64,000 bases of DNA from Flectonema sp. DT1601 (lineage: Eukaryota): contig OZ025796.1 of NCBI GenBank assembly GCA_964019425.1, positions 868,001-932,000 on the forward strand. Direction: 5' to 3'. The notes beneath the pieces are model-generated. The model saw only the letters and a list, made by a program, of their open reading frames with translations, made no database searches and was not told the origin of the DNA. How positions within the stretch are numbered: position 1 is the stretch's first letter; each line of letters opens with the position of its first letter. Shown piece after piece: positions 36,783-49,255 of the stretch. The position numbers and the translations under genes were made by a program.

Positions 36783-38272
36783 GGTGTTAGTTATGGCCTG
36801 CTAAAAAAAAAAAAAAAAAAGAAATAATCTCCAGGTGATCTCGCTCAGGCCTATTTCTAGAGACTTCAAACACCTCCTACCTGTGGTTAAGTAGTTTTAA
36901 TTTAAAAAATAACGTCGTGACAACCGTTTAGAAAACATTTCACCACTCACAGGGCGCAATGTATGGAATAATACTTCACTTAACTTCCATTAATAGAATC
37001 CAAATATAAAAAACAAAATTCTTATTACTATGGGAAAGCTAATACAATAGTGAACTTTGTTTGTAGTTGTGTATTCCAACCAGCGATATAATCTCTCTCA
37101 CTACGCAAGTAGACGCAGATATTGATAAAATGAGAGCAGCTAAGATAGAGGACAAAAACATGTGTCATTTACGTTTCTTCCTTTTATTTTATTTGCCTCG
37201 GGCAATCCTCACAATAATTTCGTACAGTTATTTTTAATCAGTGCTACCATGATTGGGTTGAATCTGTAATCGAAATAAAAAGAGTAATACAAATCAGAAT
37301 TACCATTCCTTGATTCACCAAGAGTTTCGTTATTCGTACGAATCCCTCACACTGTTGTTTCAAACAAACAAAAAAAAAAAAAGAAAAAGAAAAAAATAGG
37401 AGACACAATACAGAAAGATTTCTTTCTCATTCGTCACCTTATTACACTTCAGTTTCTTTTTTTTAAACACTGTCACAGAAAAAGCGAATGAAAGCGTTGG
37501 TTATTTGTATTTTATAAAACAGGGGTAAGTTATTGATATTACCAGCAGTGACAGAACTTAATTGATAAAACTCGGTTCAGATGTGCAACTCCGCTACACT
37601 TTTGGTTTAAGTTTTATCATTCCCTTCTACACTACGATGAAAACAATAAGGAAAAGTGGAGATAAATTCCACTTATGTGGAATTGGAAGCCACACTTTCT
37701 TTATAAAAAGGAGGTTGGATTCAGAAAATGGCAAAATGAAAAAATGTAAAAAGTAAAAACACCTCATCCAGTGACGAATCTTATCTACCGTTGCACACTA
37801 CTAATGGAGCACACGTCACAAGACTGTGAATCGTTTTCAAAGCAGGCATCGTTTAACAGGAAGGAGCGAAGGACTGAAAGTATAACAACGTAGAGGCTCA
37901 ATCATTTCTACCATAACATTAATTAGTTATTTTCAAGTTCTCGAAACTCCTGTTGCCGCGCGAATTAGATCCAAAAAAAAGAAAAATAAAGTTTCAATAG
38001 TGTATTGCGTGAAGCAACCAGACAAAACACAAGGAAACAGAAATGGAGGTTCGGATAAATAAATAATTAATAAGAGGGGAAGGGTGAGAATTTTCTTGCA
38101 TTTGTGCAAAATTTGGCTTCATTTTTTTTTTTCTTTTTTTTTTTGTAAGTAACCACTATTGACGTCACGGATATCAAACCCAAAGGGAGATCAACAAGAA
38201 CACTTTCTCAAAAAAGTGTGTAGTAACTCTCCCAATTGGGACGAAATCTCGACGAACAATAGTAATTACTTA

Positions 38273-38635
38273 CTATTCCTTTGATTGAATTACGGCGTTG
38301 ATATCAACTTCATATGGTTCAAAGCGGTACTTGTCTCCATCTACCATCAGATCTGACGTAACAACCTGCCTCAGACTGAATTCTCTTAATCTGGTTCTCA
38401 ACTGCCACACCCATGGATCCAAAATTTTGCGGCTCGGATTGCACTGCAACAGTGGTTGCATTTCCTCAAGTATGTCAATCACTCGTCCAACAAGAATGAA
38501 AGGTTGCTTTCTTAAGACTTCCTTCATCGACTTTTCAATGCGGGCGATGCGGTGAAATCCCAACTCAGGGTGACCATTAGACAGCGAATAATGGACTGCA
38601 TTATGCATTTCAAGATCACAAAATCTCTTGACCAT
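38273..38635 (-). CDS. Orphan family short form B (120 aa), copy 2 (identical protein)
   Basis: Duplicate of 36065-36427. Confidence 0.72.
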   Translation of the reverse strand: MVKRFCDLEMHNAVHYSLSNGHPELGFHRIARIEKSMKEVLRKQPFILVGRVIDILEEMQPLLQCNPSRKILDPWVWQLRTRLREFSLRQVVTSDLMVDGDKYRFEPYEVDINAVIQSKE

Positions 38636-41019
38636 TTTGTTTGTGACAATTGGGGAAACTGATACAAGATTATTTATTCAGCCGCACACTCACACAATAA
38701 CATTCAAACTGCTACCCAACGTAGTAGCCCAGACAAGTAGACAGCATTACTGCACAAGCAGACATATTTGTGAAAGCATCTGAATGAAGAACAGTTTGGG
38801 GGTCACCAATAAATGAAACATCAACAAGAATAATATCATGGCATGCATTAATCGTATGTGTTTCGCTTACTCTGATAGGTTGCACCTCTTCTGGTGCAAC
38901 GTAGAGTGATTTTTTTTCTTCTTTTTTTCCTTTGCAAAAATAAAGGACTTTCAGAAATTGACAAAAGCCGGCAGACGTGAAAGGAAGTTTACGCGTGGTT
39001 CGACGAGGATTCTGGCAAAAACGCACCGAGGAGGAGGAAACCACAGCTTTTCCCTCTTCACCTACTTGTTCGTTTTTTTTTTTTTGTTTTTGTTTTTTCA
39101 ATGAGAAAAGACAGATTTATGATGAACTTTTTGAAAACAATCTAAAGCCAAAAGCAATGTCTCGCAAAAAAAAAAAAAAAGAAAAAAAAAAAAAACGAAC
39201 GAACGAAAAAAAGAAAAAAAAAACGAGAGGAAAAAAAAAACAAAAAAAAAAACAAAAAAAAAAAGGCTTGATGCCGAAAAGTAAAAAAGAATAGAGAAAA
39301 AAAAAAGGGGGAAAAATACAAAGAATTCTGTTGAACTAAGAAAAATACTGGGTTCGAAAAATGTTTTAACGAATATGGTTTGCAACAGACTGGATCGTGA
39401 ATACGAGACGATAGTGACTACCTAGCCCAAGTAGAAAAATAAATCATAATCCAGCAAAGCGAAGCGCATTGCGCATCGATGTAAGCTACCACGAAAAAAA
39501 AGATAGGGTAGTCAACATGATACTGCTGCAACGCATGACAGACTTAATTCGTGGTTTTTTCATTGTTTAGTTCTGTAAAAAAATACTACATAAACAAAAT
39601 GAGAAGGGACGGAGTATATTATCCAGCTCGACGGTACCCGAAATGGAAGCTTTTGAAAATAAAAAAATAAAAAATAAAAAGAATCCTCTTTTCATTATTT
39701 ATTCAAATCTATGAACCATAAATAAAAAACCGAAAAAAGGAAGGGTGGAATCGTGAGAGGAAGAATCCAACATTTCGGCGAGTAACTCAAAAGAAAAAGA
39801 GAGTGAAAAAAAGGAGGCAGCGTTAACTTAAACAGAAGTACAACTAACGAGATCATTACGCGTGCTATCCAATATTTCTATTCCAATCATCACACTACAC
39901 GAACAGCGTACCAACACATCATAAACACGCTAAACCACGGCGCTGCTTACTTTCAACCAATTTTTGAATGCAATTTTCAGCGTTTGTTTGTAAAAAGGTC
40001 AGAGAGTGAAAACCCTGGAAATGATTTCGGACAGAGACCATTCGCTAGGTCCCCGAAGGGTTCCAGGATGAATTGAATTTTTGCTTGTAAGCGAATAACG
40101 TTTTTGGATTATAGGTCAGTGTATCAATGCAAGATATAGCGATGGACATATTTTCCGATACACACCGTTCGTCATATTTCAGAGAAGCAAGTATAAAATA
40201 AACAGAAAAGTGACTTATTAGCTAATAAAATTGATCTTCAAATCCGTTATCAATATAAAAAAGAAGAAAAAAAAAAAAAAAAAAAACATATCATGGAGAG
40301 ACCTGTCGTTCTTTATACACTTGTCACATCAAAAAAAAAAAAAAAAAAAAAGAAAACAAGTAAATAAATAGATAGAATAATTGTTTTAAAAAAGAAATAA
40401 ATCTCAGAAGGTCACATATTTCCATTACTTTGTCAGTGCACTTTGGATACTAAGAAGAATACTTGTCGTTGGAAGAAGCATTCTCATCACGTCTTGAACC
40501 GCTTACCATATCAGTACAACCTTCCAACTCACATAAGACACATAGGATACGGAAAATCAACCAGCATTTGTATTCAAAAAAAGAGTAGAAAATCAAAATT
40601 CTAACTTTTAAACAAAAAAAAAGAAAAAAAAAAAAAAGAAAAAAAAGAATATCAAATCACAGCTCACCAGTACTGCAAGAAAACAACTGCAACGACGCGA
40701 GCGCACGTTAAGGATAAAACTAATAAAAAATAAAAAAAGTAGCAGCTTCATGCCCAATAACTAGCAAGCACGAAAAAGAAGAAGAAAAAAAAGAAAGAAA
40801 AAAAATTGTAAACTTACTAATGGATAAAAAGAGAGGAGATTGTTGATTACTATGCAGCCGACTATTTCCTTTTGAAAAATAGTTGAAAGGGAATGGAAAA
40901 AATTATAAAAAAACATCATTTATGAGGTATAATAGACGATATCGATTCGCCCGTGCCTAGTCTTGGGAAAGATAAAAGAAAATAAAGGAAAAATGTGTCA
41001 GGTTGCATGTATTTTTTTT

Positions 41020-41110
41020 CTTTTGAAACCAGTGAAGTCACAACCCCTGGGGAGGCTCACATGGCTACACAGTAATTCGGTGCCACAACTGTGAGACTCC
41101 CACAGGCGAG
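41020..41110 (-). repeat. Degenerate copy of repeat family B
   Basis: gctcaca...caactgtgagactcccacaggcga resembles gctcaca...caaccgtgagactctcacagacga at 47823-47875. Confidence 0.5.
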
Positions 41111-41742
41111 AAGAGACGCAGCTCACGTAAGCTGAATGGAATTAAAAAAAAAGATAAATGAAAAAAATAATAATGAATTGCGGACACCTTCAACCTAGTA
41201 TTTGTTTTCTATCAGATTTCTTACTAAGAGGGACTGCCAGCATGATACGCAATTCTATTTCTACCTCTCAGAACTTTACACTATTTTACCTGCCGGTTTA
41301 TACATTTTTTTGTATGTAACAAGTATTGTAAGAACGAAAAAAGAATGTTGCACACGTAAACCTCCTTTAGCTTTTTCAGTTCAAGTCGGTTCGCGGTTTT
41401 GTGCACAAACAAAACATCAACAAGTGTTATATTACTATTTCTGTATAGCTTAAGGTAAAAGTCAATTCCTTTTTTTTTTCAGAATAGTGCTTTTTGATAG
41501 TAAGGATAGAGGAAGAAGAAGAAAAATCAGGTCTCAGAAGAAATATCGTTCAGTGATTTTTCGTTTTTCTTTTTTTTTTTTTTTTGCAATGTGACTGTGG
41601 CGCGCGCACTGAATTCCGTTTCGGGAAAATGTGGTTGTGACGCTTGTGTTTTTTGTGATGCGTGATTGTTGTTGTTAATCCAATAATCACAGTTTTTTTT
41701 GTACCTGCATTTTTTTTATTGAGGGTAAGAATTGATCACAAA

Positions 41743-41777
<35 letters not shown>

Positions 41778-42327
41778 ATCAGCGAGCAAGAGAAATTCAC
41801 GGGTGCAGTGATTCTCGTATAAAAATGCAAGTACGAAAATAACCATACAGCAAACAAGAAATGGTTTGTGCGCAAGAATGAGTTGCAGTTAGTTTTTAGC
41901 ACTATCAAGAGTTGAGGAAAAAACTCGGTAACTCATAAAGAAAAGCAGAACCAAATGTTCCGTACGCGAGAAACCTGTGAGAATTACCTTCGCGGAGCAG
42001 TATCTGACTACATCAATCAGAGCTGGCTGTTTTCTTTTATCTTGCATCATGTTTAGCTTCGATAGAGATCGCACAAGTTGAATGACTTTCGAAGTCATTC
42101 GCCTTTACCCCTTACAGGAAACTAAGAACAACAGCTGCAATAAAATTTAATTATACAAGTGCCGATAGACATCAGAGACAGTAGCAGGTGTTCAACAATG
42201 CTGGTATTCGTCGTTTTTCGAAAGGAATTTTGCATAGTCGATATAATTACACTTTTTTTTTTATTTTAATAAATTATTTTTTTTGAAAATAATAATTATT
42301 TAGTATTTTACCATTAATTTTTAATAT

Positions 42328-42420
42328 AAAAAAGTGAGAATTAAAAAAATATATATATAGATAAAAAAGTAAAAAAGAAAAAGTATTCATTTTCTGCAGT
42401 TTCCCAACATCTAGGGTAAA
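42328..42420 (-). mobile_element. Repeat family A fragment (segment 3' of the ribozyme motif)
   Basis: aaaagtgagaattaaaa...aaaagtattcattttctgcagtttcccaacatctagggtaa matches 46697-46776 and 51445-51480. Confidence 0.75.
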
Positions 42421-45400
42421 TTACCGGTTTAATTGGTTTTAAGCGCAGAAAAAAAGAAATGTGAAAATAATCTCACGTAGATAAATACATGAACAGATCT
42501 ACGCGATTGGTCGAGAGAAAGCCATTATTCAGCAGATCCTCCTACTTGTTGCAGACTAGTACTGTCTGTCGATAACAAAAGTAGTAAAATGAGTTTTTGA
42601 TTTGAACTCCGGTAAAACTAGGTCAGTTGCCATACATTTCACCGATTCAAACCATAACTAATCTTGAGAAAATACTGTCAATAACGGAGAAAGGGTATGG
42701 AATAAGAATAGGTGCGATTCAGTACTTACCAATCCACTTCTTTGCTAACATTAAAAAGTCATAGCAAGGGGATAACGCCAAATAAATGGCTCGTTATGTA
42801 TTTGATGTTAAACACTAAGCAGTTCCTGCTTTTTTTTTTCTTTTTTCTTTCTTTAAATATGAAAAAATGATAACAAAAAAGTCAGACAATATCATCGAAG
42901 AACTATTCTGATGTCGGGTTACGACAAGCGATTTTACACTCCATTTCGCAACTGATAAATCAGCAGTGTTTTGCTGGTTTTTTTTTTTATTTTTTTTTTT
43001 TTTTTTATTTGTTTGTTTGTTTGTTGGTTTGTTTGTTTGTTGTGCTTGCTTTAAAAAAATAAAGTTTTTTATATTATTTTTTTGAATATCTTCATCGCAA
43101 ATTGCTCCGAAAGAAAATACTCAATAGTTAATTTTGTATACTTTATGCAAGTACGAAATGATGTGGTAACTCACAGAGGAGACAGAGGAGCCGTCTTATT
43201 GTGGGTTGGGTGTTGAGAAGGATGTTCTATATTTGATGGGTGAAGCTGGTTTTCCAATTTAACCCAACAAGAATAATAGAGATTGCAAGTAGCTAACAAA
43301 AAATCAAATAGACAAGAAGTATTCAACATAAAAGTATTGCGTAGTTAGCAAGTTAAGATCGTAAAAACAAAGATTCGTTAGCTGAAGCCTTTAATAAGTA
43401 TTAGTTCAGTGGTAAAGCCACTACTTAAAACAAAACATAAGAAACGAACAAAACCAAAAATAAATCGAACAATTGTCCGTCAAAGGTGTTCTTGATAAGC
43501 TTTGCTTTATCGAGAGGAAAATATTTGAAGAGATTTTTTCGGTAGATTAAAAAACAACCTAAGGCCAATTCTAAAAGGGTGGACAACAGAACAAGAAAAG
43601 AAAGCAAGAAAGAGAGAGAAACACGTGAATGGAATAGAGCAGCACATGGAAGAAGAAACTTCCCAGAGGCTAACTTATATTCCAAGCAAGCCGGATGTTG
43701 AGATCGTAGATAAGACAGCAAAAAGTTCCAAAAAAAAACTTACTCAGCAAAATAGTCCAAAATGGTGAACAACTAAAAAAAAAGAAAAAAGAAATTAGAA
43801 GCTTCACCAAATTGAGATAGAGATATTAAAGCAGAATGATAAAAAGATCGCAACAGGAGGGGAAAAAAAAAAAGAAGAAAAAAAATCAGCAAAATGGGAA
43901 AGACAAAAGTTGAAGTTAAACAGCATTACTTTTGTACAAACTATTTTCCTGTGAACAAAACAAAGAGGGAGATATGTTTGTTGGAATATGGGGATGAGAA
44001 AAAAAACAAAAAATGTTATAAATGTAATCAGTGCACACTTCTCTTAGAAAAGGGAACTCATACTTTGTTGATCTTTTTATAAAAAAAGAAACAAGACACG
44101 AAAAAAAACTTCCTTCGAAAGAGAGAACACACATTTACAACAGAATTACAATTCTTGAATTCGTTTTTTTTTTTTTCTTAAAAAAAAAGCCGTCCTGGGA
44201 ATCCTCTATGCAGGAATACATCTCTAGAGATTCACTGCATAGGTAAGGACAAACCTGATCTTAATATTAAAAGAAGTCGAGAGAAGAAAACAAACGGAAA
44301 GGGAAATAATAAAATAGTGACAATACTAAATAATAATTCCTACAAAGACCCTAAAAAAATAAAATAAAATTGAAAAAAAAAAAAAAAATGAAAAATAATC
44401 GGCCAACTTCATTTTCCCCACACCCTCTGACCTGCACATGGGTCCAGACGGCTCCCTGGGTGGCATGATCCACACGAATCGTTTTTTTCAAATGCGTCCA
44501 AGATCGACAACCTAATTTTTAACAAGCATTAGTATAGAATATAGTATGCATTTTTTTTTTCTTTTTTCTTTTTAAATTTTTACAAAAAGAAAATTTGAGA
44601 TGAATAATAAAGAATATCTGAGCCGATTGCTGGCTTTAGCTTTTATTTTATTTTTTTTTTTTTTTTTCCTTAATCTGTTGGGAATTGGAGGTGAAACTTT
44701 GACAATTGCAAAAAAAACAGTAACAACTTTTAGGGAATTAATATCAAAGTACCTTTTGCTTGAAAAAAAAAAGAAAATAATCGCAGTTGTTAATCAAAGA
44801 AAAAAGGTACGTTTAGAAAAAAATGGAAATATATATGTTTTGTCTTATGCTTGGGAATTGGGGGGACAAAGTAAAAACAGTAATGAACATTAAAATACTC
44901 AAAGATATAAAGCAATAATGTTAAACTGACAAGCATGACAGACGCTTTCACTTGTATCCAGAATAGTAGCTAAAATGCTAGCTATATATGAGATGTTAAA
45001 ATCTGTTGGCATTGCGTAATTTTTTTTCTTTTGCGAGTAATTGGGGTAAACTAAATAGTTGTTTTTTTTTTTTTTTTTTGAGGTCTTGGCGGGGGATGAT
45101 AGCGGTAATAAACTTTAAAAAATATTCAAATATAAGTAATATAATTTTAAACTGAGAGAAGTATGACGGAAAAAATAGCTAAAAATGCATATTGTTGTGT
45201 ATTACACTCGTACATAACAAAAAGAAAATATAATGTCAGTAAAAGTATCAACTGTCGAATCTGGAAAAGCTTGATCGGGAAATGCTATGCAGTCAATCAT
45301 GAGCAATTCTCTCGAGACGCAGCCCAGCAAGAAGGAGTCCAGAGGTATGGAATACCCGTAAAAAAAAGATTGCCTGGTTATACCAAAAGAGGCAGACTTC

Positions 45401-46009
45401 AGAATTGGACACCCTAATCATATATAGAGAACTTCAGAGAAAAACTCAAAAAACGCGAACTGAAAAACTGAGAAGAAGAACTTAAATAATTGAGAATATT
45501 GTAAGCAGCAGGACTGATATTCACTCTGACTTACAATGAACTACTTTTGGATCAAAAATGGGGAAGCAATAATGCTATCGAAAGGAAAAAATTATTTTTA
45601 ATTTTTAAAAAAAAAAAAAGAAAAAGAAAGAAAAATAAATAAATAAATAATAATAACATTAAATCACAATGAACTAAAACACTGCTCGATTTGATGCCAA
45701 GAATAAAAAAAAAAAAAAAAAAAAAAAAAAAGACAAAAATAATTTTTAAAAAAAATAATAATAAATAATAAACCATCCGCTCCAAATCTGAAAAAAACAT
45801 TTTGAAAACACAACGAACACAGTAAGGCTCAGGTTTACGGGAGAATAGGAAGCAAGATGAATATTCTTCTGTTATGATCCACATCATATATTTGAGTAAA
45901 ATAAGCTACATTTAAGTTCTGCTTGACGACTTTCAGGAGGGAAACAAGAAGAATTAATTGGTTAATAAGCAAGACCGCTATTTTGAAGACTCCATCCATA
46001 GAGAATCAT

Positions 46010-46240
46010 GTTTTATAGCTTCGGCTAGAAGGATCAATTCCCAGCTGTCCACCTTGCAGCAACATTTATTAAACTCTATTTCGAGCTTCTTCTGAGGGAC
46101 AGTCTTGCGTAATATTAAAGTAGTCTTAATACGATCAAACGTCATTTGATAGACTCCCACGAACGAAGACACACCCACCACACGAAAGAAGCAGGCTCCC
46201 CGCACTACATCAAAATATAAAAACACAATTGTTTGATCCA
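46010..46240. repeat. Dispersed repeat family C, copy 1
   Basis: 28-nt identity aggatcaattcccagctgtccaccttgc (46030-46057 = 51872-51899), plus colinear weaker matches (ccac.cacgaaagaa; tgatcca). Confidence 0.6.
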
Positions 46241-46454
46241 CGAGCTACTTACTAAATAAAAAAAAAAAAAAAAAGAAGAAAAAAGAAATATTCTTGAGGG
46301 GGGGCGTAGATTCCTATAGCTGTACCTGCTTATACTAATCTAGCAATGAATTCTTTTTTTTAGTTTTAAGTATTTGAGATTATTAAAAAAATTATGAATT
46401 TGAGAACAAAGAAAATAAGATGGTAAAAAAAAAAAAAAAAAAAACATTAAATAA

Positions 46455-46806
46455 ATAGTTCTGCTGTTCCCTTTTTGGTCTTTATCAGTAAGTTCTAGAG
46501 ACTTTTATATTCTAAATTTCTTGTAAATCAGTTTCAAAAGTGGTTCTTATCGTAAAAACCAACATGTCGATTGGAACTCGCAAGGACTGGCAAAAGCATA
46601 CACTTGCTTTTGTCTAACTAAGTTGTATTTCTTTCGGTGCGGCGTGTTTAATATCAGCCGCACTTTTTTAAGTTAGTATTATTAATTTTGGCATTAGAAA
46701 AGTGAGAATTAAAATAAATAGAGATAAGTAAAACGAAAAGTTTTTCATTTCTGCAGTTTCCTAACATCTTGGGTAATATGTAGTAGTTTCAGGCCTTAAT
46801 TTTATA
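46455..46806 (-). mobile_element. Repeat family A, head-to-tail monomer-like copy (~345 nt) with split hammerhead halves
   Basis: Minus strand begins TA|TAAA ATTAA GGCCT GAAA CTACT (46806-46782), runs through the element body, and reaches CTTA CTGATAA AGACC AAAAA GGGA (46492-46468), followed by a deletion relative to copy 1. Confidence 0.75.
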
Positions 46807-47782
46807 ATCTTAGTTAGATAGTTTTTTAAAAACTTAATAAAAGGAGAGGGGGAAAAAAGAATAATAAAAAAAAGACCTGAGAAGCTGATCGACAGAACAA
46901 TGTAGGTAAGGAAGCAAACTAAATCCGTCACTTCGGGGAAAAAATTGGCTCCGAGGACACATGTAGATTGGCTCTTTCATGGGTTTAGGTTGAAGGGTCT
47001 GCAGAGGGTCTCTCGGACTGGCCTTCTGTGTGCGGGTTACATGTCACCTCCAATGGGTTATATATTCTACAGAAGGGTACTAAATTAACTTAAAATATTA
47101 AGCTACAGGAGGATAGTTTCAACGGAAAATAATAATGTAAAAAGAAAATAACAGAACACACAGTACCACTCAATATGATAAAAAAAGAATAAATAAATAA
47201 ATAAAATAATCATTCCATGCAGTTATAAGAAACTCAAAGGTCCTACGGGATGTTTTTTTTTTTTTTTAAAAGAAAAAAATCAAAGGGAAAAAAAACATTT
47301 TATTTTTAAAAAAAAAAAAAAAAAAAACATTTACGTAGACTAGTTTCAATCTGAAATTATATTAAAAAAGTAAAAAGGGGGGAAATCAACAACAAAAAAA
47401 AAAGAAAAAAAAAAAGAACTGCACGATAACGCCTATTTTCACGTAACTAGGAAAACAATGGCAGCAAATTAGATAAAAAAATAATCCATTATCACTAACA
47501 TACTGCAGAGAGAGCGTTCACAGGAGAAATAATTAACTCCACCAGAGCCTCAATACAGCTGAAGCGCGCGGACCGAGTCTTGTATAAGATTGAAAGATAT
47601 AGGTTGTTTTAGGCTTACAGAGTTCTGAGTTAAAACACAGCGAGCTGATACTAGGCTTAGAAGGCTTATTTGGCTATTTGAGTATTCTGAAAAAAAAATA
47701 ATTTACGGTAAGGGGAAAAAAAAAAAAAAGAAAAGTGGCGAAATGAATTAAATCACCGCCACTAAAAATATTTTATTTTTTT

Positions 47783-47877
47783 TTATTTATTTACGAAGCC
47801 TAGGAGCCAAAAGCCAGGAAAAGCTCACAGGGTAACAGCTATCGCTACCAGCAACCGTGAGACTCTCACAGACGATA
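47783..47877 (-). mobile_element. Repeat family B copy, (TAAA)n-tailed SINE/LINE-3'-end-like fragment
   Basis: Near-identical to 48702-48797; on the minus strand it ends ...GGCTTCG(TAAA)n. Confidence 0.7.
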
Positions 47878-48682
47878 TAGCTGTAGGTACATCAAGCAAA
47901 TTAGAAAAAGAAATTTTGTAGCAAGATTTGTATAAAGTATTTCGGAGTCAAAAAATGGAGAACCCAATAATAATGACGGGGGTACAATTAAACAAAGCGT
48001 ACTCATTGACTTCTTCAAGGAAAGCATGCTAAAAAAAGCAACAATATTTATAAAAAGAAAAACGTTTAAGTTTTTTTTTTTTTTTGTTTTTTTTTTTCTC
48101 TACTAACTAGATAAAAATCTTTTTAAAATGAGCATTTTATTCCCGTTTAAGTATAGCAATCTCAGGAAGGGTTAAAGAACTTGGCATTACTACTTGGCTG
48201 AATATACATTGGCAGCAGTGGCAGGTAATTAACAATTTCTGAAGTGTGTTCGTTAATCGACTAGGCATTCACACCACTAGGCACAAGAATTATTTATTTT
48301 TTTTTATTTATTAGAGTTTAGGGAATACATGAACAATAATTGTACCTAGCTTGGTAGTGCATTTAAAAAACAAAAAAAAAAGAAGGGGAAAAAAAATTGC
48401 AAGTAAAAAAGTAATGCGCAACAACATAAAAAGGAAACACAATGTTAATCATACTTATTATAATAAAAACGGTTGCAACGAAAGGGAAATGTCGAATGAC
48501 CTTGATACCGTTATTTATATGTATTTTTTTTTTTATTTTTTTTTTGGAAAGACGGAAAAAAAAAAAAATGATCAAACATGCCCGATAAATAACGATTTTT
48601 TTTACAAGCAGTTAAATCCAATGAGAGAGAGAGAGAGAGAGAGAGAGCAGATAAAATTGATAAGCGGTAATTGGGTCCGCTC

Positions 48683-48890
48683 TTTATTTATTTATTTATT
48701 TATTTATTTACGAAGCCTAGGAAGCCAAAAGCCAGGAAAAGCTCACAGAGTAACAGTATAATCGCTACCAGCAACCGTGAGACTCTCACAGACGATAAAA
48801 GACGTAGAATAACCTGGAACAAATGACTACCTAAACCCACCGTCCACGCGAGCAGACAGTGTTAGAGACGGCTGATAACGCCAATTTTCG
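48683..48890 (-). mobile_element. Repeat family B copy with ~7 TAAA tail units
   Basis: Longest copy; its extension (48818-48882) aligns with 49186-49252. Confidence 0.7.
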
Positions 48891-49076
48891 AGCCAAAGAG
48901 AGGGAGAACACGCCACATTAGATATCTTGCAAATCAGTTCTTTGCATTGGCTTTTAAAAGAAGATGGCAGAATGTGATTATCAACACGTCTGGTTTACAT
49001 ACATTGTTCTACTTCCCATGCTTCCCTATCACAATAGTTCTGCAGTCTAAAGTAATTTTATTCATTTTTTTTTTCT

Positions 49077-49255
49077 TATTTACTTTACGAAACTAAAAAA
49101 TCAGGAAAAATTCACAGAGTACCAATTAGATCGCTACCACAAATTCGTAAGGCTCACTGACATCAAGAGACATATAAGAATCTAAAACAAATAACAACCT
49201 TGACCCACTACCCGCGTTAGCGGACAGTGTTACAGTAGGCTGGTAATGCCTAATG
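49077..49255 (-). mobile_element. Diverged repeat family B copy
   Basis: tttacgaa...caggaaaaattcacagagtac...atcgctacca...aacaaataacaacct...cggacagtgtta is colinear with 48707-48882. Confidence 0.6.

Larger units (their letters stand above)
34492..38900. repeat. Recent tandem duplication: two 2201-bp copies (34492-36692 and 36700-38900) separated by a 7-nt junction insert CTATCTA
   Basis: Constant 2208-bp offset. About six substitutions seen by eye (e.g. cgcttag/cgctcag, gcgcgat/gcgcaat, tgttaca/tgtcaca, aatcatt/aatcgtt, taacgac/taacaac). Confidence 0.95.

Noticed and set aside
38712..39385. Lys-rich or Phe-rich ORFs here and in other spacers (e.g. 5230, 7488, 11443, 45552, 48351)
   Set aside because: Translations of poly-A/poly-T tracts with no protein-like content.
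41889..42098. 69-aa minus-strand ORF (MTSKVIQLV...) and the 98-aa ORF at 43425-43721 as possible extra orphan-family members
   Set aside because: No convincing match to the PSxK..W or DNSDW motifs; too short to support.
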